The notes beneath the pieces were generated by a model that did no database searches, was not told the origin of the DNA, and was given only the letters and a program-made list of their open reading frames with translations. A program made the position numbers and the translations under genes. From Anaeromyxobacter sp. (GTDB lineage: Bacteria; Myxococcota; Myxococcia; Myxococcales; Anaeromyxobacteraceae), in assembly GCA_049840735.1 (NCBI GenBank), contig JASGJN010000004.1, positions 128,001 to 192,000 on the forward strand: a stretch of 64,000 nt of DNA, read 5' to 3'. This document shows, one piece after another, positions 10,313 through 20,726 of this stretch; position 1 is the first letter of the stretch; the number at the start of each line of letters is the position of its first letter.

Positions 10313-12517
10313 ATGGAGATCCCCCACGAGCAGCACCGCGGCTCCGGCGAGGCCTACGCCCGCTACCTGGCCAGCATGGACGCGTCGATGCGCCAGAAGG
10401 TGGCGCTCACCGCGGCGCACCTCATCTGCAAGGGGCGCGTGGCGGACATGGGGATGGGGTCGGGCTCGGGGACGCTGGCGCTGGCGGAGCTCTACCCGGA
10501 CCTGGAGGTGATCGGGGTCGACCTGGATCCGGAGATGGTGGCGCTGGCCCGCGCCCGCCACGTCCGCCCCAACCTGGGCTTCGTCCAGGGCGACGTGGCG
10601 GCGCCGGTCTTCGAGGACGGCTCGCTGGACGGGCTGCTCGACTCGTCGGTGCTCCACCACGTCACCAGCTTCGGCGGCTACCGCCACGAGGCGGCGGCCG
10701 AGGCGCTGGCCGTGCAGGCGCGGGCGCTCCGCCCGCACGGCGTGCTGGTGATCCGCGACTTCGTGGCGCCGGAGGACGGCGGCGCGCCGGTGGTGCTGGA
10801 GCTCCCTCCGGACGACGGCGACGCCACGGACGACCCGGCCACCTGCTCCAGCGCCGCCCTGCTGCGCCGCTTCGCCGGCGAGTTCCGCAGCCTCTCCTCC
10901 GCGCCGGGCTTCGCCTGCGAGGAGCTGCCGCCCCGGCGCGACGGCTGGCGCCGCTTCCGGCTCTCCCACCGGCACGCGGTGGAGTTCCTGCTGCGCAAGG
11001 ACTACCGGCGCGACTGGGTCCAGGAGGTGAAGGAGGAGTACACCTGGTGCACCCAGCGCGGCTGCGAGGCGCTGCTGGCGCGGCTGGGGCTGCGGCTGCT
11101 CGCGTCCACGCCCATCCGCAACCCCTGGATCGTCGCGCACCGCTGGGAGGGGCGGGTCGCGCTCTCCGACGCGCGCGGGGAGCCGCTGCCGCTGCCGCCC
11201 ACCAACTACCTGGCCGCCGCCGAGCGGGTCCCGGCGCGCGAGGGGGTCCGCTTCCGCGCCCGCCCCTCGGCCGCGGCGCCCCGCTTCCTCTCGCTCGAGC
11301 AGCGGGCGCTGCGCGACGGGGGCGGCGTGCGCGACGTGGTCCGCCGGCCCCACCTGACGCTCGACGTGCTGCCGCACTTCGACCGCGCGGGCGACACCTA
11401 CGTGATCGCCAAGGTGAGCTACCCGCGCCCGCTCCTGGCCACCGGGCCGGCCGCCGCGCTCGACGGCAGCACGCCCTGCCCCTACGTCACCGAGCCGCTC
11501 AGCGCGCTGCAGGACGGCCGGCCGCTGGGGCAGCTGGTGGAGGCGGTGCTGGCCCGCTTCGGCGTGACGGCGGACCGGATCCGCCGGCTGCGCCCGGGCG
11601 GCACCTACTTCCCGTCGCCGGGCGGCGTCGAGGAGGAGGTGCACGCGGTGCGCGTCGAGATCGAGCCGACGCTGGTGCAGGACCCGCCCGGCGACCTGAC
11701 CGGCTTCTCCACCTCGGGCCGCGCGCGCGCCATCGAGGCCCGCCAGCTGCTCCGCGCCGCGCAGGTGGGCGGGCTGGCCGACGCGCGGCTGGAGCTGAAC
11801 GTGCACGAGCTGCTCCTGGAGCTGGGGAGGGGCCCGGGGCCGTGGATCGGCGCCGAGGTGGCCGTGGCCGAGGGGGCGCCGGTGGAGGCCACGCCGCTGG
11901 CGGCGCTGGAGGCGCGCCCGCCGCGGCGCGCCTTCACCCCCGCCCCGCCCGCCGCCAGCCCCGGGTTCCTGGCGCTGGCGGCCTACGAGCTGGAGGAGCT
12001 GTCGGCCTCCGGCGAGCCGGTGGCGCGCGGCCGGCTGGAGGCGGTGACGCCGCTGCCGGTCTCGCCGCTGACGGTGGCCACCGCGCTGCTCCGGCGCGAC
12101 GCGCGCGGCGTGTACCTGGGCCTGGACGACGCCGACCTGGCGGCGGCGCAGGGGCTGTGCGGCCACTCCTCGCTGCTGGTCACGCCGGCCTGGCGGCTGC
12201 CGCACGCCGCGGCCACGCCGGACGCGGCCCGGGCCTTCCTGGCCGGGCGGCTCGAGGCCGAGCACGGCGTGCGGCCCGGGCGCTGGTTCGAGCTGGGCGG
12301 CCGCTATCACCCCACGCCCGGCGCCACGCCGGAGGTGGTCCACCCCTGGGCGGTGGAGGTGGCGGCCGAGGCGCCGGCGCCGCGCCCGCTGCGCTGGGTG
12401 CTGCTGCGGGAGCTGGTGGCCCGGCGGGCGGCGCTGGTGGACGGGCACCTGCGCGTGGTGGCGCTGCGGGCGGCCCACGCGCTGGGGCTGCTGGCGGGAG
12501 GCGAAGACGCGCCTTGA
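10313..12517 (+). CDS. Multidomain protein: SAM-dependent methyltransferase with C-terminal NUDIX-like regions
   Basis: ADMGMGSG motif I, GVDLD, SSVLHH, LRPHGVLVIRD. The C-terminal half has two related segments, YFPSPGGVEEEVH and YHPTPGATPEVVH. Confidence 0.7.
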   Translation: MEIPHEQHRGSGEAYARYLASMDASMRQKVALTAAHLICKGRVADMGMGSGSGTLALAELYPDLEVIGVDLDPEMVALARARHVRPNLGFVQGDVAAPVFEDGSLDGLLDSSVLHHVTSFGGYRHEAAAEALAVQARALRPHGVLVIRDFVAPEDGGAPVVLELPPDDGDATDDPATCSSAALLRRFAGEFRSLSSAPGFACEELPPRRDGWRRFRLSHRHAVEFLLRKDYRRDWVQEVKEEYTWCTQRGCEALLARLGLRLLASTPIRNPWIVAHRWEGRVALSDARGEPLPLPPTNYLAAAERVPAREGVRFRARPSAAAPRFLSLEQRALRDGGGVRDVVRRPHLTLDVLPHFDRAGDTYVIAKVSYPRPLLATGPAAALDGSTPCPYVTEPLSALQDGRPLGQLVEAVLARFGVTADRIRRLRPGGTYFPSPGGVEEEVHAVRVEIEPTLVQDPPGDLTGFSTSGRARAIEARQLLRAAQVGGLADARLELNVHELLLELGRGPGPWIGAEVAVAEGAPVEATPLAALEARPPRRAFTPAPPAASPGFLALAAYELEELSASGEPVARGRLEAVTPLPVSPLTVATALLRRDARGVYLGLDDADLAAAQGLCGHSSLLVTPAWRLPHAAATPDAARAFLAGRLEAEHGVRPGRWFELGGRYHPTPGATPEVVHPWAVEVAAEAPAPRPLRWVLLRELVARRAALVDGHLRVVALRAAHALGLLAGGEDAP

Positions 12518-12570
12518 CCGGCGCTGCGGTGGCGTGGTCCGCTGAAGCCTGCTCCTGGAGGGACATGGTG

Positions 12571-13011
12571 ATGGACATCAGCTTCCGGCCTGCGGTCGCG
12601 GCGGACGAGCCGGCAATCCGGGCGCTCCTGCAAGAGGCCGGGCTCCCGGTGGAGGACCTGTCGCTGAAGCGGCAGGACCTGCTGCTGGCGGTGCAGGGCG
12701 AGCAGGTGGTGGGCTGCGCCGCGCTGGAGCGGCACGGGGCGGACGCGCTCATCCGCTCCTACGCGGTGGCGCCGGCGCTGCGCCGCCACGGGCTGGGCAG
12801 CGCGCTGCACGAGCGCATCCTGGCCCACGCCGCCGCCTGCAAGGTGGACACGGCCTGGCTGCTCACCACCACCGCCGCGCCGTTCTTCGCGGCCCGCGGG
12901 TTCGAGCAGGTGGACCGCCGCGCCGCCCCGCGCTCGGTGGCCGCCTCCCCCGAGTTCAAGACGCTGTGCCCGGCCAGCGCCGTCTGCATGCGGCGGTCGC
13001 TGGCCCGCTGA
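12571..13011 (+). CDS. GNAT N-acetyltransferase (ArsN2-like)
   Basis: GLPVEDL, VGCAALE, RRHGLG acetyl-CoA motif, LLTTTAAPFF, EFKTLCPASAVCM. Alternative start at 12565. Confidence 0.85.
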   Translation: MDISFRPAVAADEPAIRALLQEAGLPVEDLSLKRQDLLLAVQGEQVVGCAALERHGADALIRSYAVAPALRRHGLGSALHERILAHAAACKVDTAWLLTTTAAPFFAARGFEQVDRRAAPRSVAASPEFKTLCPASAVCMRRSLAR

Positions 13012-13042
13012 GCCCACCCTTCCCCCGCAGCGCGGAGGCCGC

Positions 13043-14221
13043 GTGATCCTGCCCACCCTGCCCTCGCGCCGCCGCCTCCTGCGCGGCGGCGCCGTGCTGG
13101 CCGTGCTGGCCGTCGCCTGGGTCCTGCGCGAGCGCGCCGTCCAGCTGCTGCCGCCCGACTACGACGAGGACGACTACCTGCGGGCGGGCCAGCAGTACGC
13201 GGTGGGGCTGCAGGCGCACGATCCGGGCGTCTTGGTGCGCGAGAACTACCGCCCCGAGCACCCGCAGCTCATGAAGCTGCTCTACGGCGCCGCGCTGACG
13301 CCGCTGCCGCCGGTGGCGGAGATCCCCGACCGCCCCACCACGGCCGAGCCGGACAAGGGCCTCCCGCCGGTGCACCTGCGCGCCGCGCGCCAGGTCTCGG
13401 CGGTGGCCGGCACGCTGGCGGTGGGGCTGGCCGCCTGCCTGAGCCTGGTGGGCGGCGTGCTCCTGGCGCTCCACACCTTCACCATCAAGTACAGCGCGCA
13501 GGTGCAGCTCGAGGCGGTGCCGCTCCTGGCCAGCGCGCTCTGCGTGGTGGCCTACGACCGGTCGCGCGTGGCCGCCACGGCACGCTGGAGCGGCTGGCTG
13601 CTCCTCTCCGGCGCGGCCCTGGGGCTGACGGCCGCCAGCAAGTACCCGTTCGCCATCGTGGGGCTGGTGGTGCTGGTGCACTGGGCCGGCGCGCGCTGGC
13701 TCGCGCGCGGCGCGCCCAGCCCCGGGCGCGCCTGGCCGCTGTTGCTGGGCTGGGGCGGGCTGGCCGTGGCAATCTTCCTGCTGGTGAACCCCTGGCTCTG
13801 GCCGGATCCGCTGGGCAGGCTGGGGAGCTCGTTCGCCTACCACTTCGGCTACGCCCACAGCCCGGCCGTGCAGAAGGCCGCGATGCCGCCCTGGCAGCCG
13901 GTGGCGTGGCTGGTCCGCTCGGCCGCCGGCTGGCACAAGGGGGTGTTCCTGCCCGGCGCCGACGGCGTGGACCTGGCGTTCACGCTGCTGGCCTTCGCCG
14001 GGCTGCCGCGGCTCGGGCGCGAGCGGCCGCTCTACCTGCTCTGGATCGGCCTGGCGCTGGCGTTCCTGTTCGTGTGGCCCACCAAGTGGCCGCAGTACGT
14101 GCTGCTGGTGGTCTTCCCCTGGTCGCTCGCCGCCGCCGCCGGGCTGCGCGAGGTGCTGGCCTGGGCGGGCGCCGGGGTGCGACGGCTGCGGGAGGCGCCG
14201 GTCGCGCCGGGCGGGACCTGA
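13043..14221 (+). CDS. Polytopic membrane protein, probable GT-C/PMT-like glycosyltransferase
   Basis: Acidic DYDEDDY after the first TM helix, EHPQLMKLLYG, GLTAASKY, and many TM helices. Confidence 0.55.
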   Translation: MILPTLPSRRRLLRGGAVLAVLAVAWVLRERAVQLLPPDYDEDDYLRAGQQYAVGLQAHDPGVLVRENYRPEHPQLMKLLYGAALTPLPPVAEIPDRPTTAEPDKGLPPVHLRAARQVSAVAGTLAVGLAACLSLVGGVLLALHTFTIKYSAQVQLEAVPLLASALCVVAYDRSRVAATARWSGWLLLSGAALGLTAASKYPFAIVGLVVLVHWAGARWLARGAPSPGRAWPLLLGWGGLAVAIFLLVNPWLWPDPLGRLGSSFAYHFGYAHSPAVQKAAMPPWQPVAWLVRSAAGWHKGVFLPGADGVDLAFTLLAFAGLPRLGRERPLYLLWIGLALAFLFVWPTKWPQYVLLVVFPWSLAAAAGLREVLAWAGAGVRRLREAPVAPGGT

Positions 14222-14379
14222 GCCCAGGGGTACGGCGGGACCCCGGGCGCGCACGTACTCAGCGCCCGGGTAGACGGATCGACCCGGCGCCTGGGCTTTC
14301 CCGCGGTGTGGCCAGGTATCGGGGATGCAGCACAGGTCTCGGCGCCCAGGTGGGCGTACGTCCTTCACGAGGTGCCTCC

Positions 14380-16957
14380 ATGCTCCAGCGCGTCTCCCTC
14401 TCCACCGCCGTCCGCGCCCTGGCCCTCATGGCCATCGGCGGGCTGGTGGCGGTCGTGCTGCTCACCTGGCTGCCCATGCGGTCGGTGCAGGTGAACGGCG
14501 CGCTCTACCGGGAGATCGCCGCCGCCCAGCAGCTGGAGGCGGACGTGCTCCCGCCCCCGCTCTTCCCGCTGGAGACCTACGCGGTGGCCCTCGACCTGGT
14601 GGCCGCCACCGACGTGAACCGCGAGCGGGAGCTGGTGGCCCGCCTGGAGCAGGCGCGCGCGCCGTACGAGGCGGCGGCGAAGCTGGAGCTGGAGGCCGGG
14701 CACGACGCGGAGACCCTGCGCGTGCTGGAGCAGGCGGTGGCGGACGGGCGGAAGTTCTACACCGCCATCGACGCGCTGCTGGCGGCGGTGAAGCACTCCG
14801 ACGCGGGGTTGCGGGCCGCCGCCGACGAGCAGCTGCGGGCCGCGTTCGCCGAGCTCACCAGGACGGTGACGCCGCTGGTGGAGCGGACGCACGCCCGCGC
14901 GGCCGAGCTTGAGGCCGAGGCCGACCGGCGCGTGCGCAACGTGATGATGGGCGTGGTCGCCACGCTGCTGGCGGTGCTGACGCTGGTGGTGGCGGCCGCG
15001 CTCGTGACCTCGCGGGCCGTGCGCCTCTCGATCCGCGCCCTGCAGGAGGAGACCGCGCGCCTGCAGGCGGCGGTGACGGCCGGGGCGCTCACCGAGCGGG
15101 CCGAACCGGCGCTGGTGCACCCGGACTTCCGCGGCGTGGTGGAGGTGCTGAACGGCACCATGGACGCCTACGGCGCGCCGCTGGCCGACCTCGGGCGGAC
15201 GCTCACCAGCATCGCCGCCGGCGAGGTGCCCGAGGCCATCACCGCCGCCTACCGCGGCGACTTCGAGCGGCTCGAGGAGGACCTGAACGCCGTGGCCGCC
15301 ATGATGGCCCGGCGCGCCGCCGAGCTGGACGGGCTGGTGGCGGCGGCCGCCGCCGGCCGGCTCAGCCACCGCGGCGACGCCAGCGGGCTCGCCGGCGGGG
15401 ACCAGCGGCTGATCGCGGGCATGAACCAGCTCATGGACTCCGTGACCGGCCCGCTGCAGACCACCGCCCAGGCGGTCGCGGCCATCGCCCGCGGCGAGAT
15501 CCCGCCGCCCGTCGCCGAGACCTGGCAGGGCGAGTTCGAGGGGCTGCGCCTGAACCTCAACACCTGCCTCGGCTCGGTGCGGGCGCTGGTGGAGGACACC
15601 GCGCTGCTCACCCGCGCCGCGCAGGCCGGCCAGCTCACCACCCGGGTCTTGAGTACCGGGCCGTCACCAGGGCGACTTCCGGACCATCGTCTCCGGCGTC
15701 AACGGCACGCTGGACGCGGTGGTGCGCCCGGTCACCTCGGCCGCCAGCTGCGTGGCGGCCATCGCCCGCGGCGAGCTCCCGGCGCCCATCACCGAGCCCT
15801 GGCCGGGCGACCTGGCCACCCTGCGCGAGAACCTCAACACCTGCCTGGCCGCGGTCAACGCGCTGGTGCGCGACGCGGAGGCGCTGGCCGCCTCGGCGGT
15901 GGCCGGCGACCTCTCCCGCCGCGCCGACGCCAGCCGCCACCAGGGCGACTTCCGCCGCGTGGTGGAGGGCGTGAACGCCACGCTGGACGCGGTCATCGCG
16001 CCGGTGAAGGAGGCGTCGGGGGTGCTGGAGCGGCTGGCCCACCGGGACCTGCGGGCGCGCATGCCCGGGTCGTTCCAGGGCGACCACGCGCGCCTCCAGG
16101 AGGCGGTGGACACCACCGCCGAGGCGCTCCATGACGCGCTGCTGGCCGTGCAGGGCGCGGTGGAGCAGGTGTCGGGCGCCGCGGCCCAGATCGCCTCGTC
16201 CTCGCAGGCGGTGGCCTCGGGCGCCTCGGAGCAGGCCGCCTCGCTGCAGGAGACCGGCGGCGCCGTGGAGGCGGTCACCGAGACCAGCACGCGCTCGGCC
16301 GAGCACGCGCAGCAGGCCAGCCTGCTGGCCGGCACCGCGCGCGGCGCCGCCAGCGAGGGGACCGCCGCGGTGGAGCGGCTGCAGGGGGCCATGCAGCGGA
16401 TCCGCGCCGCCGCCGAGGGGACCAGCGCCATCATCCGGGACGTCTCGGACATCGCCTTCCAGACCAACCTGCTGGCGCTCAACGCCGCGGTGGAGGCGGC
16501 CCGCGCCGGCGAGGCCGGCCGAGGCTTCGCGGTGGTGGCCGAGGAGGTCCGCTCCCTGGCCCTGCGCGCCAAGGAGGCGGCCTCGCGCACCGAGGCGCTG
16601 ATCCGGCAGTCGATGCAGGAGGCGGGCGAGGGCGAGCAGGCCGCCGCGCAGGTCTCCGGGCGCCTGACCGACATCGCCGGGGCGGTCTCGAAGGTGCACG
16701 CCATCGTGACGGAGATTGCCGCGGCGGGGAAGGAGCAGGCGGCCGGCATCGCCCAGGTGAACCGGGCGGTGGGCGAGATGGACAAGGTCACCCAGCAGAA
16801 CGCCGCCAGCGCCGAGGAGTCGTCCTCGGCGGCCAGCGAGCTGTCGAGCCAGGCCGAGCAGCTGGCGGCGCTGGTGGGCGGCTTCCAGCTGGAGCGGCGG
16901 GCCGGAGAGGCGGTCCGGCGGACGCGGCGCGCGCTGGGGCCCGCGCCGCGGGAGTGA
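14380..16957 (+). CDS. Methyl-accepting chemotaxis protein with poly-HAMP region; frameshift near 15650-15662
   Basis: Two TM helices, repeated HAMP-like units (xQGDF...N..LD), and the signalling hairpin [34 protein letters not shown]. The frame changes within a garbled stretch where the parallel repeat predicts R.DA.RHQGDF. Confidence 0.88.
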
Positions 16958-17011
16958 GGGAGGGAAGGCGCCGCGAACGCGGCTCGTCCCACTGCTTCGG
17001 GAGCGGACCAC

Positions 17012-18244
17012 TCACGCTCCACCGCGCCGGCCGTCACACCCCAAGGGCGCATTCGCTGGAGGAAGTGAAAGGGAAGGGACGAAGGCAGCCATCTTCTCGC
17101 GCCCGAACGCCTGCACCGCAGCCCAGAGGTTGTGCCCCCGGCAGCGGAGCCGGAGGTTGGGGAGGGTCGGCGGCCCGCCCATCGCCTCCGGGTCGATGTG
17201 GTCCAACTCCAGCTGCCAGCGGCTGCAGCAGCGGTGGCCGTCGGGGGAGACGTAGGTGCAGCAGCCGCCATCCCGCGTCCAGACCGCGCGCCGGACGTCA
17301 GCGGTGACGGTGCGAGGGTCGAAGCGGCACGGGGTGGCGAAGAGCGGAAGCGGGTCGCTGGAGGGAGCCGGATCCGGAACCGGCGCGGAGACCGCCGCCG
17401 GCGCCGGGACCTCGGGCACGGGGGCCGCGGGCGCAGCCGCCCTGGTCAGCTCCACCGCACCCTTTCGCTTCGCGTGCTTCTCGACCGCGCAGCGGAGCGC
17501 CTCCTTGAGGACGTCGGCCAGGTTGCCGTCGGGGACCTTGTGGGAGAGGAGCACCCGGAGCGTCTCGAGGTCGGCATGCGCAGCTTCGTCGAGCGTGACC
17601 CGCATCGACCACTGCTCGGCGTTCACCGGGTGAAGCTCGGGACGGCTGGGAACGGGGATGGGGCTGGGTGCCGAGAGCGCGAAGGCGGGCGCGGAGGAAG
17701 CGGCCGGTTCCTGGAGCTGGAACGGGACCGCCTCGGCCGGCGCGAGCGCCAGTGCAGTCGCACCCTTCGGATCCACCGGACGGGACTGGAAGGTTGCGAG
17801 GGTGGAGGAGGGAAGGCGACGCAGGCCGTCCTTCGGCGCCTCCCGCGGCTTGATGGTCACGACCAACCGCTCCACCTCCGCCTTGGACTTGAAGGCCGCG
17901 CCCCCGACCAGCGCCTCCAGGTTCTCCTCCGTCGGCACCTCACGCAGCATGCCGAGCGTGGTGAGCGAAAGCCGCCCCTCGCGAAGCGGCGCCTCGAGGG
18001 AGGGAAACCGGGACACCAACCGCATGGCCGTGATCCGCCGGTAGGCGCCGCCTTCCGGAAGGTGCAGCACCTCCCGGCAGAACGCCCAGAGCGATGGGTA
18101 GCCCAGGTCCAGGTAGAACTTCCGCCGCTCCACCTCCGCCAGCGCCAGCAGGGACTCGACCTTGATGCCCCGCTCGTCCGCAGCGAGCGACCGCAGGTGA
18201 GCGACGAGAGAGCTGTTGTCGAGCGCATCGAGTCGAGCGTCCAT
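17012..18244 (-). CDS. HNH endonuclease domain protein with long helical N-terminal region
   Basis: C-terminal RDGGCCTY...C...LELDHI...GG...NLRLRCRGHN HNH motif; N-terminal LGYPSLWAFC...AYRRI segment. Confidence 0.85.
   Translation of the reverse strand: MDARLDALDNSSLVAHLRSLAADERGIKVESLLALAEVERRKFYLDLGYPSLWAFCREVLHLPEGGAYRRITAMRLVSRFPSLEAPLREGRLSLTTLGMLREVPTEENLEALVGGAAFKSKAEVERLVVTIKPREAPKDGLRRLPSSTLATFQSRPVDPKGATALALAPAEAVPFQLQEPAASSAPAFALSAPSPIPVPSRPELHPVNAEQWSMRVTLDEAAHADLETLRVLLSHKVPDGNLADVLKEALRCAVEKHAKRKGAVELTRAAAPAAPVPEVPAPAAVSAPVPDPAPSSDPLPLFATPCRFDPRTVTADVRRAVWTRDGGCCTYVSPDGHRCCSRWQLELDHIDPEAMGGPPTLPNLRLRCRGHNLWAAVQAFGREKMAAFVPSLSLPPANAPLGCDGRRGGA
17038..17068 (+). repeat. 31-bp direct repeat, copy 1 (3' end of the HNH gene)
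   Basis: ACCCCAAGGGCGCATTCGCTGGAGGAAGTGA, 30/31 identical to the copies at 18601 and 18642. Confidence 0.92.
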
Positions 18245-18598
18245 GGCGTGCACCTCCAGCAGAATGCAGCCATCCTAACCGCGGTCTTCGAGGCGCTCGC
18301 CGAGGCCCCTGGCGCCTTCGCAGGCGCGAGATCTCGAGCGCCCATCTCCGCTCCCTCACGCTTCTCCTCGCGCGGCGCAGCAGCAGCGGCGAGCGCTGCG
18401 CGAGAGCCATTTCCGGCAGCCCGCCACCGCGGAGCCCGCCACGCGCCCATTTCACGTCAAGCGAAGTTTCGGGACGCCCCACTTGTCGCTTCCGCCAGCG
18501 CAAGTGCGTCGGCAGGCACCGCGGTTCGGCAGGCTCACCGCGAACGGGACGGGGCAGCCGGCATCCACCATCAGCAATGACCTGACCCCCGCCTCGGC

Positions 18599-18672
18599 TG
18601 ACCCCAAGGGCGCATTCGCTGGAGCAAGTGACTCTCAGTTGACCCCAAGGGCGCATTCGCTGGAGCAAGTGA
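18599..18672 (+). repeat. Two tandem copies of the same repeat (period 41 bp) upstream of the HNH gene
   Basis: TGACCCCAAGGGCGCATTCGCTGGAGCAAGTGA at 18599-18631 and 18640-18672, separated by CTCTCAGT. Confidence 0.92.
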
Positions 18673-18857
18673 GCGTGAACAAGGAGGAGCCGCGCCGCCC
18701 CGCCCGCTCCGCCGCCCTCCGCCGCCCCACCCTCGTCCCCAGCCCGCACCCATCCAACAGCACGGCACCCCTCACGGCGCAGGGGCAGGGGCTCCCCGGC
18801 GCCCTGTTCCGGCGGCAGGACCGCCGGCAGGATCACCGGCAGGACCCCCGCCAAGCC

Positions 18858-20543
18858 TCACTCGTGCCCCTCCCGCCCGAAGTCCTCCTGCCAGAACTCC
18901 CCTTCCGCCCGCGCCGTGCTGCGCCGCCCGGCCTCCTGCCGCCTCAGGTCCCCCCGCCGGACCTTCCCGGAGATGGTCCGCGGCAGCTCGCCGAACTGGA
19001 TGCGCCTGACCCGCTGGTACGCCGGCAGGTGCGTGCGTGCGAAGCGCAGGATGTCCTGCGCCACCGCCGCGTTGGGCTGCTGGTCCGGCTCGAGCCGCAC
19101 GAACGCCTTGGGGACCAGCCCGCGCATGGGGTCTGGGCTCGGCACCACCGCCACCTCCGCGACGGAGGGGTGCTCCTGCAGCACCTTCTCCAGCTCGAAG
19201 GGGCTGATGCGGAAGTCCGAGCTCTTGAACACCTCGTCCGCGCGGCCGCCGTAGAACAGGTAGCCGCCTTCGCCCCGCCGCGCGCTGTCGCCGGTGCGGT
19301 ACCAGCCCTCGCGCAGCGCGGCGCTGGTCAGGGCCAGCTCGCCCACGTAGGCGGACATGAGGCCGGTGGGGTACGGGTCGAGCGAGAGCGCCAGCTCGCC
19401 CTCGTCCACCTGCGCGCCGTCGCCGTCCAGCAGCGCCACGTCGAAGCCGGGCAGCGGCCGGCCCATGGAGCCGGGGACGGTGGGCTGGCCGGGGCTGTTG
19501 CCCACCGTGGCGGTGGTCTCGGTCTGCCCGTAGCCCTCGCGGATGGTGAGCCCCCAGGCGTGCTTGATGCGGGCCGCCACCTCCGGATCGAGCGGCTCGC
19601 CGGCGGTGAGCCCCTCGCGCAGCGCGACCCTGCGCGTCGCGGGATCGCGCAAGAGCAGCATGCGCCAGGCGGTGGCCGGCGCGCACAGCGAGGTGACCGG
19701 GATCCGCTCCAGCAGGTCCAGCATGCGGCCCGGGTGGAAGCGCGCGTGCGGGTCCAGCACCACGGTCGCGCCGGCCGTGAGCGGGGCGAAGAAGCTCGAC
19801 CAGGCGTGCTTGCCCCAGCCCGGGGTGGAGACGTTGAGGTGGACGTCGCCCTCGCGCAGCCCCATCCAGTAGAGCGTGGAGAGGTGGCCCACCGGGTAGC
19901 TGCCCTGCGAGTGGGAGACCAGCTTCGGCTGGGCGGTGGAGCCGGAGGTGAAGTAGAGCAGCGCCGGGTCGTCCTGCGAGGTGGGCGCGTCCGGCACGAA
20001 CGGCGCCGCCGCGCGCGCCTCGTCGAGCGGCCGCCAGCCGGCGGCGCTGCCGCCCTCCACCACCCGCAGCCCCGAGACCGGCTCCGGCCCCAGCTGCTCG
20101 GCCACCGCGGCGTCCGCCACCAGGTGGCGGATGTGACCGCGCGAGATCCGCTCCTGCAGCTGCTCGGTGGTGAGCGCGGTGGAGGCCGGCACCATCACCG
20201 CGCCGATCTTCAGGCTGGCCAGCAGCAGCTCCTGGATGGCGATGCCGTTCTGGAGCGCGGCCAGGATCCGCTCGCCGCGCGCCACCCCGCTGGCGCGCAG
20301 GTACCCGGCCAGCCGCGCGCTGCGGTCCTTGAGCTCGGCGTAGCTCACCCGCACGTCGCCGTGCGGATTGGCGATCAGCACCGCGGTGCGGCGGTTGCCC
20401 TCGGCCAGCCGGTCGAAGAAGTCGAGCGCCCAGTTGAACCGCGACAGCTCCGGCCAGCGGAAGCCGGCGCGGGCGGCGTCGTAGTCCTCGCGGTGGCGCA
20501 GCAGGAAGTCACGGGCCGCGAGGTAACGATCCAGGTCGTGCAT
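18858..20543 (-). CDS. AMP-dependent acyl-CoA synthetase/ligase
   Basis: YFTSGSTAQPK, EGYGQTET, YRTGD, GRADEVFKSSDFRISPFELE, LPRTISGK. Confidence 0.92.
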   Translation of the reverse strand: MHDLDRYLAARDFLLRHREDYDAARAGFRWPELSRFNWALDFFDRLAEGNRRTAVLIANPHGDVRVSYAELKDRSARLAGYLRASGVARGERILAALQNGIAIQELLLASLKIGAVMVPASTALTTEQLQERISRGHIRHLVADAAVAEQLGPEPVSGLRVVEGGSAAGWRPLDEARAAAPFVPDAPTSQDDPALLYFTSGSTAQPKLVSHSQGSYPVGHLSTLYWMGLREGDVHLNVSTPGWGKHAWSSFFAPLTAGATVVLDPHARFHPGRMLDLLERIPVTSLCAPATAWRMLLLRDPATRRVALREGLTAGEPLDPEVAARIKHAWGLTIREGYGQTETTATVGNSPGQPTVPGSMGRPLPGFDVALLDGDGAQVDEGELALSLDPYPTGLMSAYVGELALTSAALREGWYRTGDSARRGEGGYLFYGGRADEVFKSSDFRISPFELEKVLQEHPSVAEVAVVPSPDPMRGLVPKAFVRLEPDQQPNAAVAQDILRFARTHLPAYQRVRRIQFGELPRTISGKVRRGDLRRQEAGRRSTARAEGEFWQEDFGREGHE

Positions 20544-20726
20544 CGATTCGCGAATCTACCACCCGCGCCGGTCACTGGGGCGTCATCGCAAACGATCACC
20601 ACGGCGTTGCGCGGGCGAGCCCGGCGCCTGCGGCAGGCGGCCGCTGGACGCCTGCGCGGCCGTGTGGTCCGCTCCCCGCGCCCACCGCGCGCTGCACGGG
20701 ACGCGGGCGGGACGAGAGGAACCCAC

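Noticed and set aside
15640..15665. Programmed frameshift or phase variation in the MCP gene
   Set aside because: There is no slippery run or simple repeat. The local sequence is garbled relative to the parallel HAMP repeat, which fits a sequencing error or mutation better.
18599..18672. Possible mini-CRISPR next to an HNH nuclease
   Set aside because: Only two adjacent copies with an 8-bp gap, too short for a spacer. The HNH protein shows no RuvC motifs that I can recognise.
18812..18856. 12-bp tandem repeat (CGGCAGGAYCRC x3-4) after the acyl-CoA synthetase stop
   Set aside because: Low-complexity intergenic microrepeat with no supporting context.
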